Shown: positions 1-14,287 of the stretch, piece after piece
Layout of the letters: each line of letters opens with the position of its first letter
Position numbering within the stretch: position 1 is the stretch's first letter
Source: Kondoa subrosea
Lineage: Eukaryota
Assembly: GCA_039545335.1 (NCBI GenBank)
Contig: BCIN01000003.1
Location: forward strand, 310,001 to 374,000
Direction: 5' to 3'
DNA length: 64,000 bases
The notes under the pieces: model-generated
What the model was told of the DNA's origin: nothing
The model's input: the letters and a program-made list of their open reading frames with translations, nothing else
Databases searched by the model: none
Translations under genes and position numbers: made by a program

Positions 1-543
1 GCTCAAAATGGCCGGGAAATCGGACAGCGCTGCTTTCGTGTTTCATCCCGCTCGACAATTCGTTCGGTGCAATTGTAAGCAAATCCTCATTCTTTGTCCC
101 AAGAAGTCAAAAAAAGCTGAAAGTGGAGTTTGCATGACTTATAGTCTGTAATCTTACTGTATCATCTACTACTTCCGCCTTAAACAAGACGAAACGAAGA
201 GGAAAAGCTACTACCTGTCCAAGTTGCTCTAAAGGTTTCCCCCGGTGCAGGTTCGCGATTTTCCCCATTTCTCGCTCGAACAGAACACGGAAAGCTGACC
301 TTGATTTCAGCATTTGTTTGGATAACATGGCTATACCGGAATTGGATTCTGAAATTAGACCTGTTGCTTGGACTTGGTGCTCTGTTTGCCGTCATGGAGG
401 GCATAGCGATCACTTACAAGATTGGTTCGCGAGCGGTCAAAAGCATTGGTTGGTCTTATTCTTCTCTTCTCGCGATTGGAGTCAAAGCTTATCGCTGCGA
501 GAATAGTCCTGTACCGAGTTGCTCTTGTACCTGCGATGGATGA
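1..543 (+). CDS. SEA4: 3' end of GATOR2/SEA complex subunit MIOS/Sea4 (C-terminal Zn finger/RING), spliced, 5'-truncated by window
   Basis: Spliced translation QFVRCN...TTCPSCSKGFPRCSICLDNM...AWTWCSVCRHGGHSDHLQDWF...KHCPVPSCSCTCDG*; matches the Mios/Sea4 C-terminal WC..CRHGGH..H...WF....CPV..C.C.C pattern; stop at 541-543. Confidence 0.85.
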
Positions 544-814
544 ATGAATGAGTGCGGACATATCGGCTCAACGTGACTTCTGGTGGAAAGGGCTCGGAAC
601 GATAATGTGAGTCGCTAGGATTGTATTGTAGTGTGTATGAAGCAGAGTCAGCGACTTTGAGGGTCAATCGATTCTTCCGGTGACTTGCTGATTTAGCAGG
701 ATCCAGTCTTGGTCAGCAACCACCTATTTCTCACTTCATATTTGTTATCATAGCAGCTGCCTCAGTCGGATCTCCTCAAGTACACGGTCCTGAGCCTCAG
801 CAAGCAAGAGCAGC

Positions 815-1813
815 ATGGAGTCATGGATGAACTTGAATTTGGTCGATTCAACGGAGCCAAGTCCTGTAAACGGCCCTTCTGATCTCACTTTACGCTCCGC
901 CGACTCTCTCTCGCACCCTGTATCCAGTCAAGACCTGTTCGACCAGCTATCACAATGGACTAATGTCAACTTCGATTTCTCTGAACAAGCCTCGGCATCA
1001 TCAACAGTCTTCGATACTGCTCTACCTACTCTAGGTCTGTTCGATTCAGCTCAAGATAGGCTAGGAAGCATCAAAGGCAAATCCTACGAACGCGGCTTCT
1101 CAACTTCCAATCCTTATATTGACCCAAACGCCGTCTTCTCAAACACAACACCAATCGATCCAGCTCTTTTCACTTCTTCTTCTTCTTCTATTGCTACAGA
1201 TATCTCTACAACTTCAGATTATACTCCTTCTTTACCTTTTCCTACTTCTTTTGAAACATTACCCGTTCCTCTTCCACAACAACAACAACAACCAGAACCT
1301 GAAGTAGTATTGAAGAAATCAACAACAACAAAGACAAAAGCGCCTAGTAAGAAAGGAAAGAAAGTGACACCCGCTTCTACTTCTTCTTCTTCAGCAGTAC
1401 AAGCTGTTGCTTCACCTACGGCTTCCACTACTACAGCAGAAGCGGAATCGGAAAGTAAAGGAGTTGATCCGGATGATAAAAGACGTAGGAATACATTAGC
1501 TTCAGGTCAGTATCCACATTGAGTCAAATCAGGTTTAAATTCTGATTGGTTCGACTTGCGCTTTGACAGCTCGGTTCAGAGTCAAGAAAAAAGAAAGGGA
1601 AGCTGCTACAGCAAAAGATTTGAAAGAAGCTGTTGATAAAGTTGCTGTTTTGGAAAAGGAAGTGGATGTGTTGAAGAGGGAGAATTTGTGGTTGAGATCT
1701 TTGATTGTCGAGAAAGCAAAGGTGAGATACCAACATTTCAATCTTATGCAACTCTGCTCATTATTTCAATGTAGCCCGGGTCTTCAGCCGCTGCTGGAGA
1801 GGTTACGCATTAG
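815..1813 (+). CDS. bZIP transcription factor, MetR/Cys-3/Zip1-like (sulfur regulator family), 3 exons
   Basis: Basic region DDKRRRNTLAS|ARFRVKKKERE joined across intron 1506-1569; zipper LKRENLWLRSLIVEK; N-terminal LSQWTNVNFDF resembles the conserved MetR/Cys-3 motif. Confidence 0.75.
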
Positions 1814-2104
1814 TCGGGGGATTGTAAGAGGAGTAAACATGTATGCTTGTGATTTCTGCAAAAGTTGTTTTTTTTCTTTCGGAAGAAGATGAAGTATATG
1901 AACAGCAGTAGTATAGCAGTACTACCAATGTACTGTAACATTTCAAAGCTTTTGACCTCCTTCCCCGAGCGGCATTTGGTTAACTTATGTTAAGTCCCTC
2001 TTGACCTGAGGAGATTTTTTTGAACAGTGGATTCTTCGACCAATTTCGTCAGTTGACTTGAAGCTGTCGCGCATACAATAGCTCATACCCTATCCTCGTA
2101 GATC

Positions 2105-3401
2105 ATGGCGGAAGTAGCACAAAAGCGTCAGCCGCAAGGTTTGCGATTTCTCTCTCATGCATGCTGCATTGTCAGCTGATGCGAGGGTTCCCGAACAGCT
2201 CTGGCCGCAACTGAGGAAGACATTCAGCTTCTCCTCTCTGCTCAATGGTCAGTCAATAGTAGCTAAAGATCAAGACCCAGTAATTTGATAGGAAATTGTG
2301 TAACTTTGCTAGCCATATTGGAACCAAGAACTGCGACAAGCAAATGTTGCCTTATGTTTGGAAGCGAAGACCTGACGGAATTCATGTCATCAACATTGGC
2401 AAGACTTGGGAAAAGCTAGTTTTGGCTGCTCGGATTATCGCTGCCATCGAAAACCCAAATGATGGTGCGTTCACCTGAAGGTCTACCTCGAGAAGGTAAT
2501 CTAAAGGTGACACACAGTCTGCGTCATCTCTGCTCGACCATACGGTCACCGAGCTGTTCTCAAATTCGCAGCAAACACTGGAGCTCAAGCTATTGCTGGT
2601 CGATTCACTCCTGGTAACTTCACCAATTACATTACTCGCTCTTTCAAAGAACCTCGCTTGATTGTCGTCACTGACCCAAGAGTGGATCATCAAGCTATCA
2701 GAGAATCTTCTTACGTTAACATCCCAGTCATTGCTCTTTGCGATACCGATGCCAGTTTGAAATTCGTTGATGTCGCTGTACCAACAAACAACAAATCCAA
2801 ACACTCTATTGGTCTAATGTGGTACTTGCTTGCAAGAGAAGTTCTTCGTCTACGTGGAACAATCCCAAGAGGAGAGCCTTGGTCTGTTGTACCAGACATG
2901 TTCTTGTGCGTACTTCACTCTGCGTAAGATGATGCATCTTACGCTAGGGTTTGCTTGCGCAGCTACCGTGATCCTGAAGAAGTTGAAGCCGAAGCTGCTG
3001 AAGCTGCTGCCCAAAGAGCCGGTAACGTCGAAGTCGGCTCTGCTGAGCAAGAAGTACCTTCAAACGATCAATGGGATGTTGCTGGATCCGGTGGAGCTGG
3101 CGCTATCGAACCTGGTCTTGCGTGAGTGAATCCGCTTGATTGAAGTATTCTACATTCTCAAATTTGAGCTCCACTCACAGCGCTGGTATGGCTGCTGTAC
3201 CTGGCAACCAAGATCCTGGTCTTGACTGGGCAGCAGGTCAGTGATCATCACAAGTCGAATTCTGCTCGAGCTAAATTTTCTATTAAAGATGCTGCGCAAT
3301 CATCCGACTGGACCGCACCTGACCCAGCTAACAAGCCTTTCCAAGAAGTAACCAGCGGTCCCCCAGCGCATCCTACTGCTGAAGGTTCCGGATGGAATTA
3401 G
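2105..3401 (+). CDS. RPS0: 40S ribosomal protein S0 (uS2/SA), multi-exon
   Basis: [95 protein letters not shown]. Confidence 0.97.
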
Positions 3402-3858
3402 ATTCCGCGAAGTGAGCATCTTAGGCTGGTCAGTTGTCTTTCTCTCGCATCAATATTTGCTGAAAGCTAACGCACTCAGATTCGTACAGAGGCGCTAAGG
3501 TCTACTTCACCAAAAATAGGGGACTCAAGGTATTACCGGATTTGTGGAGCAGCTTTCCATTGAGGGTTTGATCGTTTTTAATCGGATCGAAGAGCTCGCT
3601 TTGCAATGGACGCTTGAGCAAAGATTTTGTTCCCGATCTGCTTGTTGCTTCCTTTATATCTTCTCTCGCTTTTTTTTTCTTTACTGTCTCAATGCGCTTA
3701 TTGGCTCTCTTATGTTCTGTCCGGTCTCCCTAGCGTCAGTCTTCACACGTTCCGAAGATGTTATAGGCCAGATTTTGTGTCAAGCGCACTTGTATCTTTG
3801 GTCACTGCATTATTAATGAACATATAGATGCTGCGTTACCCCAGAACCGTATGCAATG

Positions 3859-5244
3859 TTACGACCGTAGAGGATTTCGCGCTTGAAGTAACTTAGAAGA
3901 ACCATGTTGACCAGAATGAGCTGCTGGTGCTGTTTTGATGGTCTGAAAGCCTGATCCGCCCGGCATCTTGCCTTCAAAGCTTTCCCAACCATCAGGCCTT
4001 AAATACGTTTGCGAGACATGGGCAAATCGAGTCGCGGGATTGTCGTGTGGGAAGGTCTGATTCTGGCTCGTATGGATCATGTGGTCGCCAGGCAATTCTT
4101 TTAGATGCTCTCTGAAGAGATCGTTTGTAGTAGATGGGAAATGGTTGAGTCTGCTGAAGTCGTGAATTTCTCTATCTATCATGTGCTACGTGGATGATTC
4201 AGGCATACTGCAAGTGAACAAGGCATCAAGTACTCACTACCTCTTCTTGCTGATATTTATGCAAAGTTACCAGAGCATTTATTGAGCGTGGGGGAAAAAG
4301 ATGTACTGACCTTCCATCCGTGCAGCATCTTGAGGTACCCTCGAAGATTGTTGGCTATCTCTTGATGATTTGCATCCTCGTGCTGCCTGTTGAGTAAATC
4401 GTGGAACTGGCATGTAGACATCAGAAGATATACTGTAGCAACCGCCTGAACTGCCTACCTTCGGGTTATGCTGATCAGGCCGAAAATCAGTACATTCCCT
4501 CACTAGTCTGGAATGTAAGCCTTTACCTGCTGTGCTTCGATCATGGACTATGATGAAACAAGTAAGCACGAATATCCAGTGAATTAGAGTAAGCTCACTA
4601 CTCGCTCTGCGTCCTTCGCAGCTCTCTTTCGCCAAATGACCATCAGTCTCATCCAAGTAGTGGCGAGCTCTACAACCCCTTCGGTAACCACCGCTGTTCC
4701 AGACTGAGGAGCATGAACGAGTCGTTCCAGCCTGAGTGCGCGTTTCAAGATGTTCTGGAAAAGAGGACTGCTCTTGATCTCTGCGACGTCATTGATCAAG
4801 ATCTTCATCTCCTCGTCAAGATAGTGCTGCTCATATAACAATGAATGCGTATCTTTTGCGGTCTGTATTCGACTAACAAGTTCCTGTATCTGTGCGAACA
4901 AGCGTAAGATGCGATCATCCGTTCTCAAATCTGCAGCGCACCTTAAAGTTTTCCACCTCGATTGTCGCTTGATGTAAGAAATTAGCTAGACCATGTTGCG
5001 AGCTCATAACACGGGCATGCTACGTGAGGATTGGCATGAAACCCACGGATTTCTTGTTCGAAAAGTAACGATCAAGTCTTACCTCTTCTTTCTGCAGTTC
5101 CTGCATCTACAGAGAGACGCACACGTTCGATTCATGTCTGTCTAGAAGATGGCGACAACTCACCATTTCCTTGATTGATTCTTGCGCTTCTTCATTTTGC
5201 TTCTCGAGCTCTTGAATGATTGTTGTGGTAAGAGCGTCAAACAT
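3859..5244 (-). CDS. Hypothetical helical protein, multi-exon
   Basis: MFDALTTTIIQELEKQNEEAQESIKEM followed by GT-AG-flanked open exons (ORFs 4584-4928, 3859-4182); no recognised domain; exon chain uncertain. Confidence 0.5.
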
Positions 5245-5748
5245 GACTGCGTCCGAGTATTTGTTATGGTAATGAATGAAAGCCAAATCGAATGAAGCTC
5301 GTTAAGAGAAGAGCAATGAGAAGTCAAGATGCCAGCATCTCATAGACGAAGAACAAAGGGCGTCCACGGACATCTTTGACCAATTTTAGATCAAGAGCGA
5401 AGGCCTGACCAAAAGGATAGAGCCAGGAGCAGACAATTTGTGACATAACAGCTCAGAGACATTTGAGTAGACATGCATGCGAGAACAAGATTCAAAGGAA
5501 GCGCGGACGCTCAGGCAAGAGACGTTTGACACGTACAAGACTAAGTCGACTACTGAGAGTAGTTTGAAGCAGAAGAGGAATGATACCGAAGTTCGAAAAC
5601 AGCATAAGATGACGCCCGTTTTAAAAATGCTTCTTCTCTTTGCTCTGCCCTGTTACGAAAAATCTGCTACTTTGTCGCGCGTAGACCCCAGTCTGAGAGA
5701 ACAACGGAACGAAGTGAACTTGCTAGGAAGCGTAACCCTTGAGCAAAC

Positions 5749-8700
5749 ATGGCCGCTACATTGGAACGTGTAGACGAGCAAGAAAGACGAGGTAAGCACA
5801 TCAGAGTAGCATTGTCTGCTGTTTCGCGCTAAAGTATCATTGTACTAGGTGTAGACGACGACGCCAACCGTAAGTTTGCTGTCATGCACATTGGATAGAA
5901 TACGTCAATAGGAACTCAACATTGTTGAATAGCCTGGGAACCACCAAGCGGTGACGATAATGCTGGATTGAATCTACAAGAGATTCAAAAACGGATAGAA
6001 GAGCTCACAGCTGAACTCAGAGCAAAGAACAAGAAAGTCAGTGGAAGGACAATGTAAGCTTTTCCGTGCGTTGAAGTCAGTGAAGACTGTTTTCATCTCT
6101 TTCTTTAGTCTAGCATGTCATACTCTACCATACACTTGCTGCTTGGTCGAATCTCCAGAAGCGGCAGCTCAAACTCAAGCTGTTGATGGTGTTGAGATCC
6201 GTGAATCTAAATCAGATGCCAAGCCTATACCTCTACACGAACTTAACGGCACAGCAACATCAGCAACAGAGCATGAAAAGTTTGCCAAACATTTACCACC
6301 TCATTTACAAGCTGCTCAACAATCTTCTCTCGCTTCACCTAAATCAATCTTGATCAATCCAATGGATCTAGCAGATAAAATTGCATCCACACAATCTTCT
6401 TCAGCACCTAATTCTAAACGCGGTTCTTACGCTACAAATTCACCAACTCCAGCTTCTCCTACTTTTAAAGAAAAACCTGCAAGTTTCTCTGGTCAAAGAA
6501 CTACTTCTCCTTCTAGTTCAAACAAGAAATGGATTCTTACTCCTAGAAGAGGTCATGCAGCTTTAAACGCTGGTATTAGATCATTAGCTTCTTCAAGCGA
6601 AGTGACATTAGTAGCTTGGCCAGGTGATATGAGAAGGAATGTAGCTTTAGGACCAGAAGAAGAAGATTGTGGAGATTTGCATTGTGATGAACTCAGTCAA
6701 GAACTAAGAGAAGATTTAGACAGAGGTTTGAACGCTATTGGTGGTCAAGGTAAAGGTGTCAGATGTAGAGCGGTTTGGCTTGAAGAGAAGATGGCTAGTG
6801 ATTTCTATGATGGAATGTGCAAAGGTTTCCTCTGGCCTGTCTTTCATTACTTTGTGCGTTTGGAGAGGGTATAAGTTTTTCGCGAGCTTAGCAAGCTTCG
6901 TTTTCAACGCACAGACTTTAAGCGATCATATTGATAAAGCCAAAGAAGCAACTGCATGGAACGCATATGTCGCAGCAAACGAACGATACGCTCAAGCTAT
7001 TCTCAATGTATATCAAGAAGGCGATATGATTTGGATCCATGACTATCATCTTAGTGAGGAACCATGTCGCTTTGCTGAAAATAGCTGAGCAATCGTGCGT
7101 GTCTCACAGTGCTTGTTCCAAAGATCCTCCGCGATAAATTACCCGACGCATCAATAGGTTTCTTCCTTCACTCTCCTTTCCCATCAAGTGAACTCTTCCG
7201 CTGTCTACCTCGAAGAGAAGCTATTCTTTCCGGTCTTCTCGGCGCCAATCTTTGCTGCTTCCAAACCTATTCCTACGGTCGACATTTCCTATCTTCCTGC
7301 GTCAGGGTTATGGGCTACGAAATCTCTTCAGAAGGTCATGTAGATCACAAAGGTTCTATTACTCAAATCGCAAATTGTCCTATTGGGATCGATGCGGAAC
7401 GGATTGAGAAAGATCGAACGAAACCTGGTGTGAAACCAAAAATCGAAGCGCTTAGAGAATTGTACAAGGACAAGAAGATTATTATTGGAAGAGATAAGTT
7501 GGATCCTACTAAAGGCGTTTTACCAAAGGTGAGTGACCAGACAATGCTTCTCAGTGTAAGACTGATGCAGTGTTACTTGTCAAACCACAGCTTCAGGCTT
7601 TCGAACGTCTTTTAGCGGAATATCCAGAATGGATTGGAAAAGTCGTCTTGATTCAAGTCACCAGTCCTAGTCCAACAGATTCACTTGCTCTGGGAACTAA
7701 AGTTTCAGAATTGGTCGATTTTATCAATGTGCGTGGAAGGTACTGCTTAAGCTGCTACGGCAACTAAGGATTCTTTGTCGACGCACAGGGCAAATATGGA
7801 AGTCTGCATTATCAGCCTTTGCATCACTATCATCAGACGATCGAGTAAGTCCAGGACTTGAGATTCATCGCACAGCTTATTCTGACTTTTCGGATCAGTG
7901 CCGATGAATACTTTGCTCTTTTAAGCGTAGCTGATCTGGCGCTTGTCACTTCTGTCCGCGATGGAATGAATACAACAAGGTAGGAAGATGGGTAGCAGAT
8001 TGATTCTGATTTGCTAATTTCATGCTACTTTTTTCTACAGCATGGAGTACACGATCTGCCAGAAAGAGACCAAGAATCCTTTGATACTATCTGAGTATTG
8101 TGGTATTGCAACTTCCATGAAGAGCGCTATCCGAATCAATCCTTGGGATCTCGGAGATTGCGCTCGAGCTATTGATCAGTGTTTGAGCATGACGGAGGGT
8201 GAAAAGGCAGAACGTCATGAGGTGCGTCAGGCAGTCGACCTTCGGCATAAGCTAATCATTTCATCTTCCTTGGGCACAGAAACTCTACAAGCGTATCACT
8301 ACCCATACTGCTGGAGTTTGGACAGCTGATCTCGCTCTCAAACTTCTTCAATCTCGCATGCATATCGAAACCTCGAATCATGTTCCTCAGCTGGATCTGA
8401 AGGCAGTCAAATCAGCTTTCGACTCGACAAACAAACGTCTGCTTATGTTCGACTATGACGGAACGCTTACCCCCATTGTCAAAACTCCTTCTATGGCTGT
8501 TCCTTCTCCTCTTCTGCTCGAAACACTTGAGAGATTGGCAGCGGATCCAAAGAACTTGATCTATATCATATCAGGAAGAGACTCAGAATTCTTGATGCTT
8601 CACCTGGGTCATATCAAAGCTCTCGGATTCTCAGCCGAACATGGTGGTTATCTCAAAGAACCAAACAGCGATAAGTGGATCAACTTGACAGAGGGCATTG

Positions 8701-9469
8701 ACATGACTTGGATGACTGATGTTGAGGATATCTTCCGCTGTGAGTTCGGAAAGTGATTTCGGAGGATTCTTTCTGAAGTATATCACGACCTGACAGACTA
8801 CGAGGCTCGTACCACTGGGTCTATGGTAGAGCTCAAGAATGCTGCAATCACTTTCCATCATCGAAATGCTGATCCACTTTGGGGCGAATTCCAAGCCAAA
8901 GAATGTCAAGCGATACTGGAGAGTATGCAAGGTCGTCTACCAATTGATGTGATGGTGGTCAGTCCTCTTGCTGGCTATGTCAGAACTCGGCTAACTCTGA
9001 GCAGGGTAAACGAAATCTCGAAGTTCGACCTGCGGGAATCAACAAGGGAGAGGTCGTCAAGCGTCTGGTATGCAAGTATATCGATGCAGATATGGTCATG
9101 TGTGCAGGTGATGACAAGACGGGTTCGCGTCCCTCTTTAAACCAATTGATTATCGCTAAGGGTGTCTTATCTTTTACAGATGAAGACATGTTCCGCTCTT
9201 TGGCTCAAATACAAGCTGTTATTTCCGGAGATGCAGCCTCAGCCTCGCCAGTAATGGGCACCCATGATCTATTTGGTGCTCCACCCAGTTTGAGCAAGAC
9301 TGCGACTGGTCAAACTCTCTACAGCGCTGTTTTCAAGCCAGATGAATGTAGACTCACACCAGAAAATATCTTTACTGTGGTCGTGGATCCTGCCGCTACA
9401 CGTAGGACAATCGCAAAGACTCATGTCGACCAACCTGAAAACATCATCAATTGTTTGGCTTCATTCTAA
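5749..9469 (+). CDS. TPS2: Trehalose-6-phosphate phosphatase (GT20-like plus HAD phosphatase domains), multi-exon
   Basis: IWIHDYHL, IGFFLHSPFPSSELFRCLP, GRDKLDPTKG, RDGMNTT; HAD motif LMFDYDGTLTP, ISGRD, SAEHG, CAGDDKT|DEDMF. Confidence 0.93.
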
Positions 9470-9955
9470 GGGCACGGTATTCAGGGACTAGGGGCATATT
9501 GTAGGTATACCCGTTCGTATATAAGATACAAACTGCTAGAGGCAAGATATACATGCAAATGTCAAAAGATATTTCCCATTCCAGTTTCGATGATGACAGG
9601 TATTCTTTGACCAGACAAGACTGCTGTTCTGTATCATTTTAGGAGTACTATGGAGTTCCTTGTGGTTTCTTTGCAGGAGCGGAATCAGCGGCAGTTAATC
9701 AGAGCAAAAGTAAGACACAAAGCCATTTCCAACCGATCAGAACTGACCAGCGGTACGGCTAAGCATCCCAGAACGAAGAGAATCAATCATCTATATCACG
9801 GTAGCATTTGGTGGAGCCAATGAAGGTATCGTTTCATGAGTATACAAAGCTATTACAGTGGTTACATATTCCTGGAATACAATAATTAGCAAACTCATTT
9901 TCATTCACGTTCGACTCGGACATACCTATACATGATGCAAATGCTGCCTTCCGCA

Positions 9956-11674
<1,719 letters not shown>

Positions 11675-12014
11675 CTTTGCCCTGCTGCTAATGCGCACGA
11701 GATTATCTTTGCTGAGGTATCACCAGATCGTTGCCTCGTGACAAGCCTCATGAGGTGATCGACGACAAACGGGATGTCGGCGTCATGTCGCGTTCAAAGG
11801 CTTTCCAGCTACAGATCATGAGGATCTATCGAGCTGCTATCTATGCTGTCCTAGCGACTTTCTTCCCGCAGCGCAGACTTGACTGTGTCGCGTCTGTTGC
11901 TTCTATTTGTCTGATCGCTTGTTCACTTCTTCCACTCTCCTCGCATCCGACCGAGACTGGTCCTTGTCTATATTGCATTTCTCTTCTCTTCCTAGACTCA
12001 ATATCTAATACAAT

Positions 12015-13587
12015 ATGGCCTCTTCTTGCCCATTACTATCCACCGAGAACAGGCAAGGTGCACCATCTACGAACCCAGAAAAACTCGAGCCCCGATACCG
12101 TCGACCATTACCTACCTTTGAACCTTTCAAAACCACAGAAGGAAGAAGAGAACCTTTTGATGCAGAACAGAAATGGAAAGTAGTTAAAACCATCAATCCG
12201 GATTGGAAAGCTGGTGAAGGAGCTAATAATTATTCTAATGCTGAGGGAAAGAAGTTTGTTACTATTGATCCTAGTGATAGGAAGAGGGATCCAGTGGATA
12301 ACTACAGTCAGCCTAATCCTCATGCTTGGTCTTGAACAGAAGCTGAAACTAGACATTCAATTGATAGCTCTCATGATCTCTGGTTATGGACCAAGACCTG
12401 TTGCTTTCGCTTCTACTATCTCAAAAGACGGAATTGACAACTTGTCGCCTTTCTCTTATACAAGTCAGCTATCACACTTACTTTGGCTGCTATTGCGAGC
12501 TCATATTTTGGATGCTTAACAGCTATGCTCAATCATGATCCACCTGTGGTAGTTATCGGTGTAAGCTCGAGACCTTGCTCATTGAGGATCTCTATGGTCG
12601 ACTAATGTAAACTTCACGATTTAAGTTCAGTCCTTTTATTAAGAATACTTTCCAGAATATGTGAGTACTTCTTTCTTCAGTGATGAGAACATCATTTGAC
12701 CCCCGATTTTTGTTGCAGTATCGACACGTGAGCTTCTCTGTTCAATTAGTCAATTGATGACTGATTGGGTCGACTTTTTCCCACAGAGGCGAAGCGACAA
12801 TCAGTATGATCTCTGAAGATTTTCTCGAAGCAGCCAATTTCGCCTGTATTGATGCACCAGCCGAAGTTTCGGAATGGAAATTAGCTGGTCTGACTCAAGC
12901 TGATACGAAAATCGTCAAACCAAAAAGAGTTGCCGAAGCTGTCTTCAGTTTGGTAGGTCCCTTCCTTATACAGAAGAAGAAGGCGGGAGCTGATCATCAG
13001 AACAGGAATGCAAATTGATGGAATACAAATTCTTCAGTGCGGCCAAGTCTGGAATCAGCTGGATAATCAAGCTGATCTGAGATTGGAAAACGCACAGAGA
13101 ACCATGATGGCGTACAAACCGGAGGTTACGCTATGCTGTGAGCTGATTCGCTCTGGCCAATAATTGTATGCTGATTTATGGTGTAAGCGAGGGCGTCATG
13201 TTTCATGTCAGCTTACCTCTGCCGAAATCTGGAGGACGCTTCTAACAGATCTTTGCAGATTCGCGAAGATGCACTAGACAAGGATCAGATTCAGGTCGAG
13301 CAATCAGTAATGAAGTCTAGTAAGTGCTTTCGCTTTGATCAAATCGAAAGCTAGCTGATTCTTTTTCTAGTCGTTCGTATGGGTGGTAGTACGCTATCTT
13401 GTCAATGTTTTTCTCTCTTCTATGCTAATTCTGCGATGCAGTCACATATGGCAGAGTTACTCAAGGGTTCGTCTTCGCATTTCATCAGTCGCCTTGAGAC
13501 TTACCGAGATGTCGGGAGAACAGGATCGAATTACCTAGACCTATGTACTCACAGCTTACAGAGGAAGCGAAGAAGTTGGTCGCGTGA
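12015..13587 (+). CDS. Flavin reductase-like FMN-binding protein (DIM6/NTAB family), about 13 exons
   Basis: LMISGYGPRPVAFASTISKDGIDNLSPFSY; NHDPP; ACIDAPAEVSEWKLAGLT; VKPKRVAEAVFSL|ECKL; RMGGITYGRVTQGIELPRP. Confidence 0.85.
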
Positions 13588-13774
13588 TGATGATGATGCT
13601 AGATCTCTAGATGTGTGCAATGCATATATTACATGTTGTGTTACAATGCCTCATTCCTTCTGTCCTCCGCGCAGATATTCCTGATTCTATTCACCTTTAG
13701 CCCAGGAGGTGCTCTCTTTGAAAGCCCGCAGCTTCGCAAGATCTTACATGCCGATACGAGATTTCATACAGCTG

Positions 13775-14129
13775 TTACCGTCCTTTGCTGAGTCGACCAA
13801 GATCTGTTCAAAAAGAAGCGATCTCAGCTGATAGCAGCAGACAACCCTTCCAGACGAACGATAATTTATTGTGCTCTTTTTTGGTTTCATTCGTCCTCCC
13901 TTCAATTTCAACACATTAGATTTAGCAATCGCAGTAGAGGGATCGTGGCATCACTGACCGAATTTGCCATGCATTCAGATAAGCCTTTCATAGCTTCCGC
14001 GCATTCTCTTGAACTAGTCGACACTTCGCCCACAGAAGCCCAGCAAGCTAATAAAGTCGATAATTGCATTGCACAGGGTGTAGCAGAGACTAATCTTCTT
14101 GGCTTGACTTTCAGCTTAGGGATGTTCAT
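13775..14129 (-). CDS. MRP10: Mitochondrial small-subunit ribosomal protein mS37 (CHCH domain)
   Basis: LKVKPRR..PCAMQLSTLLACWAS..CAEAMKGLSECM twin CX9C; C-terminal KKSTINY|HLGRL. Confidence 0.85.
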
Positions 14130-14287
14130 TGAATCCGATGTGAGATTTTGGTTTAAGAGCAACCCTTGTCAACGAACGATTCAACGATCTACTTCTCGGA
14201 ATACCTGTGATTACTAGACTATACCCCTGGCTTCTCTGATTTGTAATTGTCACCCGCCTGGCCTTTGTTATTTCTGTTCGAATACAA

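Noticed and set aside
9589..9750. ATGATGA...CTGA resembling a C/D box snoRNA
   Set aside because: No terminal stem and no recognisable rRNA antisense element; intron-like signals explain the region better
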